From: Candidatus Terrybacteria bacterium RIFCSPLOWO2_01_FULL_58_14
GTDB taxonomy: Bacteria > Patescibacteriota > Minisyncoccia > Terrybacterales > 2-01-FULL-58-14
Length of the DNA: 26,070 nucleotides
Assembly (NCBI GenBank): GCA_001824745.1
Contig: MHSZ01000031.1
Coordinates: 11,309 to 37,378 of the forward strand
Direction of reading: 5' to 3'
Under the pieces are notes generated by a model. The model was not told the origin of the DNA, ran no database searches, and saw only the letters and a program-made list of their open reading frames with translations. A program made the position numbers and the translations under genes. Positions 24,562-26,070 of this stretch are shown here, piece after piece (positions within the stretch are counted from its first letter, which is position 1; each line of letters opens with the position of its first letter).

Positions 24562-24589
24562 GGCCCTCTCGGAGATTGCCGAGAGGGCC
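24562..24589 (-). terminator. Intrinsic terminator after the CoA-ligase-family gene
   Basis: GGCCCTCTCGG-N6-CCGAGAGGGCC, an 11-bp stem followed on the minus strand by TTTCCTATTCT. Confidence 0.7.
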
Positions 24590-24599
24590 GCGCCGTTCC

Positions 24600-26045
24600 T
24601 TATCGTTCGTCAACGATGCGGCGCTCCTTCAGTTCCGCATCGGTGCCGAGCTCCAAAATGAGCGCCTCGTAGGGCTCCACAAGGATCTCGTCGAGCGTCA
24701 CCTCGGTGCACATCTTGAAAGCGCGCTGGAGTCCCCGGAGGGTCTCTGCGACATCGGCGCCGTCATCGAGTGCCAGCGCAGCGACGAGGGTATCGCGGCT
24801 CCCGTCATTTCCGATCGTGATCTGCCAAGCGCGCACTGCCGGTTCGTTTGCGAACAATCGCGCGACATCGTCGAAATCCACGAGCGTACCCCGCACGTTC
24901 TTCAGCATATCCGACGAACGGCGCCGGATCGGCGGGAGGATCCTCGGCGCGCCCGAACCGCACGCAGGACACGGTTCATCTGTGAGGATTGCGACATCGC
25001 GGGTTCGCCACCGGAGTACCACCGTTCCGTGGCCAGAGAGGGGCGTGAAAAGCACTTCCCCTTCCTCTCCGGGTACGCAAGGAACCGCCTCCATCACAGC
25101 GCCGTCGGTATTCTCTTTGATGCGTACCGTCTCGATGATCGCAAGATCAGGATCGCAGTGGTAGCCGACCGGCGTGCCTTCGCGCGCGCCTTCAAGACAC
25201 TCCAGCATCGCGAGCCGCGCTTCCGTGAAGCCGTACGATCCGACCACGACGGGATCTTTCGCGCCAGCGGCACAGAGTGCCGCAACAATACGCTGACGTT
25301 GCGCCTCGGTCATGCCCTCGCCGCCCACCACGACACGGGAGATGGAAGAAAAATCCTTTCCTTCCGCGGCCGCAAGCGCCACGAGCCGTTCCACATAACT
25401 CGTGACGCCGAAAAGGACGAAGGGCTTGAGCGTCTCGATGGCGGCGATCCGCTGCTCTGTCGTGAGGCCAAGAAGCGGCAGCACCGCAGAAGGCACTGCC
25501 CGCGCTCCCTCGACGCTAAACACGTGCGCGAGATGGAGGGCGACCGGAAAAACACTCACGCCAATGCTGTCCCGAGGAATCTCCAGCATGGAGAATATTC
25601 CGCGAGCGGCCTTCGCGACGAAACCGTCAAGATCGAAGCGCGTGAATACAAACGCGGTGCGGGCAGACGAGCGGCCGGTCGTAAGTGTATAGACCACGGG
25701 CCGATACTCTCGCTCGAGGAATTCCCGCAACGCTGCACTCCGCCCTCGCGCGCGAACCGCTGCCGCAAGAAGATGGGCGGGGTCGGCGCGGAGAAGCGAA
25801 CCGAGTTCTGGTTGGAGTACGAAGTCGCGATCGCGCCCGACGATATCGCGCTTCTGCGTGATCAGGCCGGGAATGCGCTGGAGGTCCGCCACCGAATGAA
25901 TGCGCGCGGGCGTGATGCCGAGTTCTCGGAAGCGTTCACGATAATACGGATGGTGGGGAACAATCTCGCGCTGAAGGTAGCGCCGGAGTCGCCTGTCCTG
26001 GCGGCATCGCCAAGGTGCCGGGTGGTAATGCTTCGTGAGAGGCAT
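24600..26045 (-). CDS. Phenylacetate-CoA ligase / coenzyme F390 synthetase-like adenylate-forming enzyme
   Basis: HPYYRERF..LGI.P..I.SVADLQRIP, TTGRSS, GVTSYV, VVVGGE, SYGFTE, GEEGEVLFTPL, VLRWRTRD, CPACG, VRGTLV, RRIVDER; SD AAAGGAG upstream of the ATG. Confidence 0.85.
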   Translation of the reverse strand: MPLTKHYHPAPWRCRQDRRLRRYLQREIVPHHPYYRERFRELGITPARIHSVADLQRIPGLITQKRDIVGRDRDFVLQPELGSLLRADPAHLLAAAVRARGRSAALREFLEREYRPVVYTLTTGRSSARTAFVFTRFDLDGFVAKAARGIFSMLEIPRDSIGVSVFPVALHLAHVFSVEGARAVPSAVLPLLGLTTEQRIAAIETLKPFVLFGVTSYVERLVALAAAEGKDFSSISRVVVGGEGMTEAQRQRIVAALCAAGAKDPVVVGSYGFTEARLAMLECLEGAREGTPVGYHCDPDLAIIETVRIKENTDGAVMEAVPCVPGEEGEVLFTPLSGHGTVVLRWRTRDVAILTDEPCPACGSGAPRILPPIRRRSSDMLKNVRGTLVDFDDVARLFANEPAVRAWQITIGNDGSRDTLVAALALDDGADVAETLRGLQRAFKMCTEVTLDEILVEPYEALILELGTDAELKERRIVDER

Positions 26046-26070
26046 CGCTCTCTCCTTTGATTAGAAAAGT

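Noticed and set aside
24576-26060. 494-aa plus-strand ORF
   Set aside because: Antisense shadow of the PaaK-like gene; no motifs or SD; long shadow ORFs are expected at this GC content.
1-26070. Alternative genetic code (TGA=Gly, as in some CPR lineages)
   Set aside because: Conserved proteins are uninterrupted and several end at TGA at the expected length, some overlapping the next start (ATGA).

Overview
26-kb, mostly GC-rich bacterial chromosomal segment in the standard genetic code (TGA is used as stop). The gene set (dimeric glyQS, short MetG, recO, yraN, rsmI, tatD, M16 peptidase, AI-2E permease, DUF5679-like protein, many membrane/secreted hypotheticals) looks like Patescibacteria/CPR; that taxonomy is an inference. 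Almost all genes from 4 kb onward lie on the minus strand. Most interesting parts: (1) a nucleotide-enzyme cluster at 274-3979 made of a HAD 5'-nucleotidase-like gene, two paralogous P-loop dNMP-kinase-like genes (one fused to a CYTH domain, with substitutions in catalytic motifs of both domains) and a ParB/Sulfiredoxin-fold gene, with matching terminators at the ends of the divergent pair; (2) a compositionally mosaic 1151-aa M6-like metalloprotease surface protein with a possible internal signal peptide, lying just upstream of glyQS; (3) a CDP-archaeol-synthase-like gene next to a divergent phenylacetate-CoA-ligase-family gene; (4) structured intergenic elements and several apparently leaderless genes. 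tRNA-Ala(CGC) is present, with a lower-GC islet downstream of it. No CRISPR array, integrase or transposase was seen. All family calls come from motif recognition by eye; no database searches were run.
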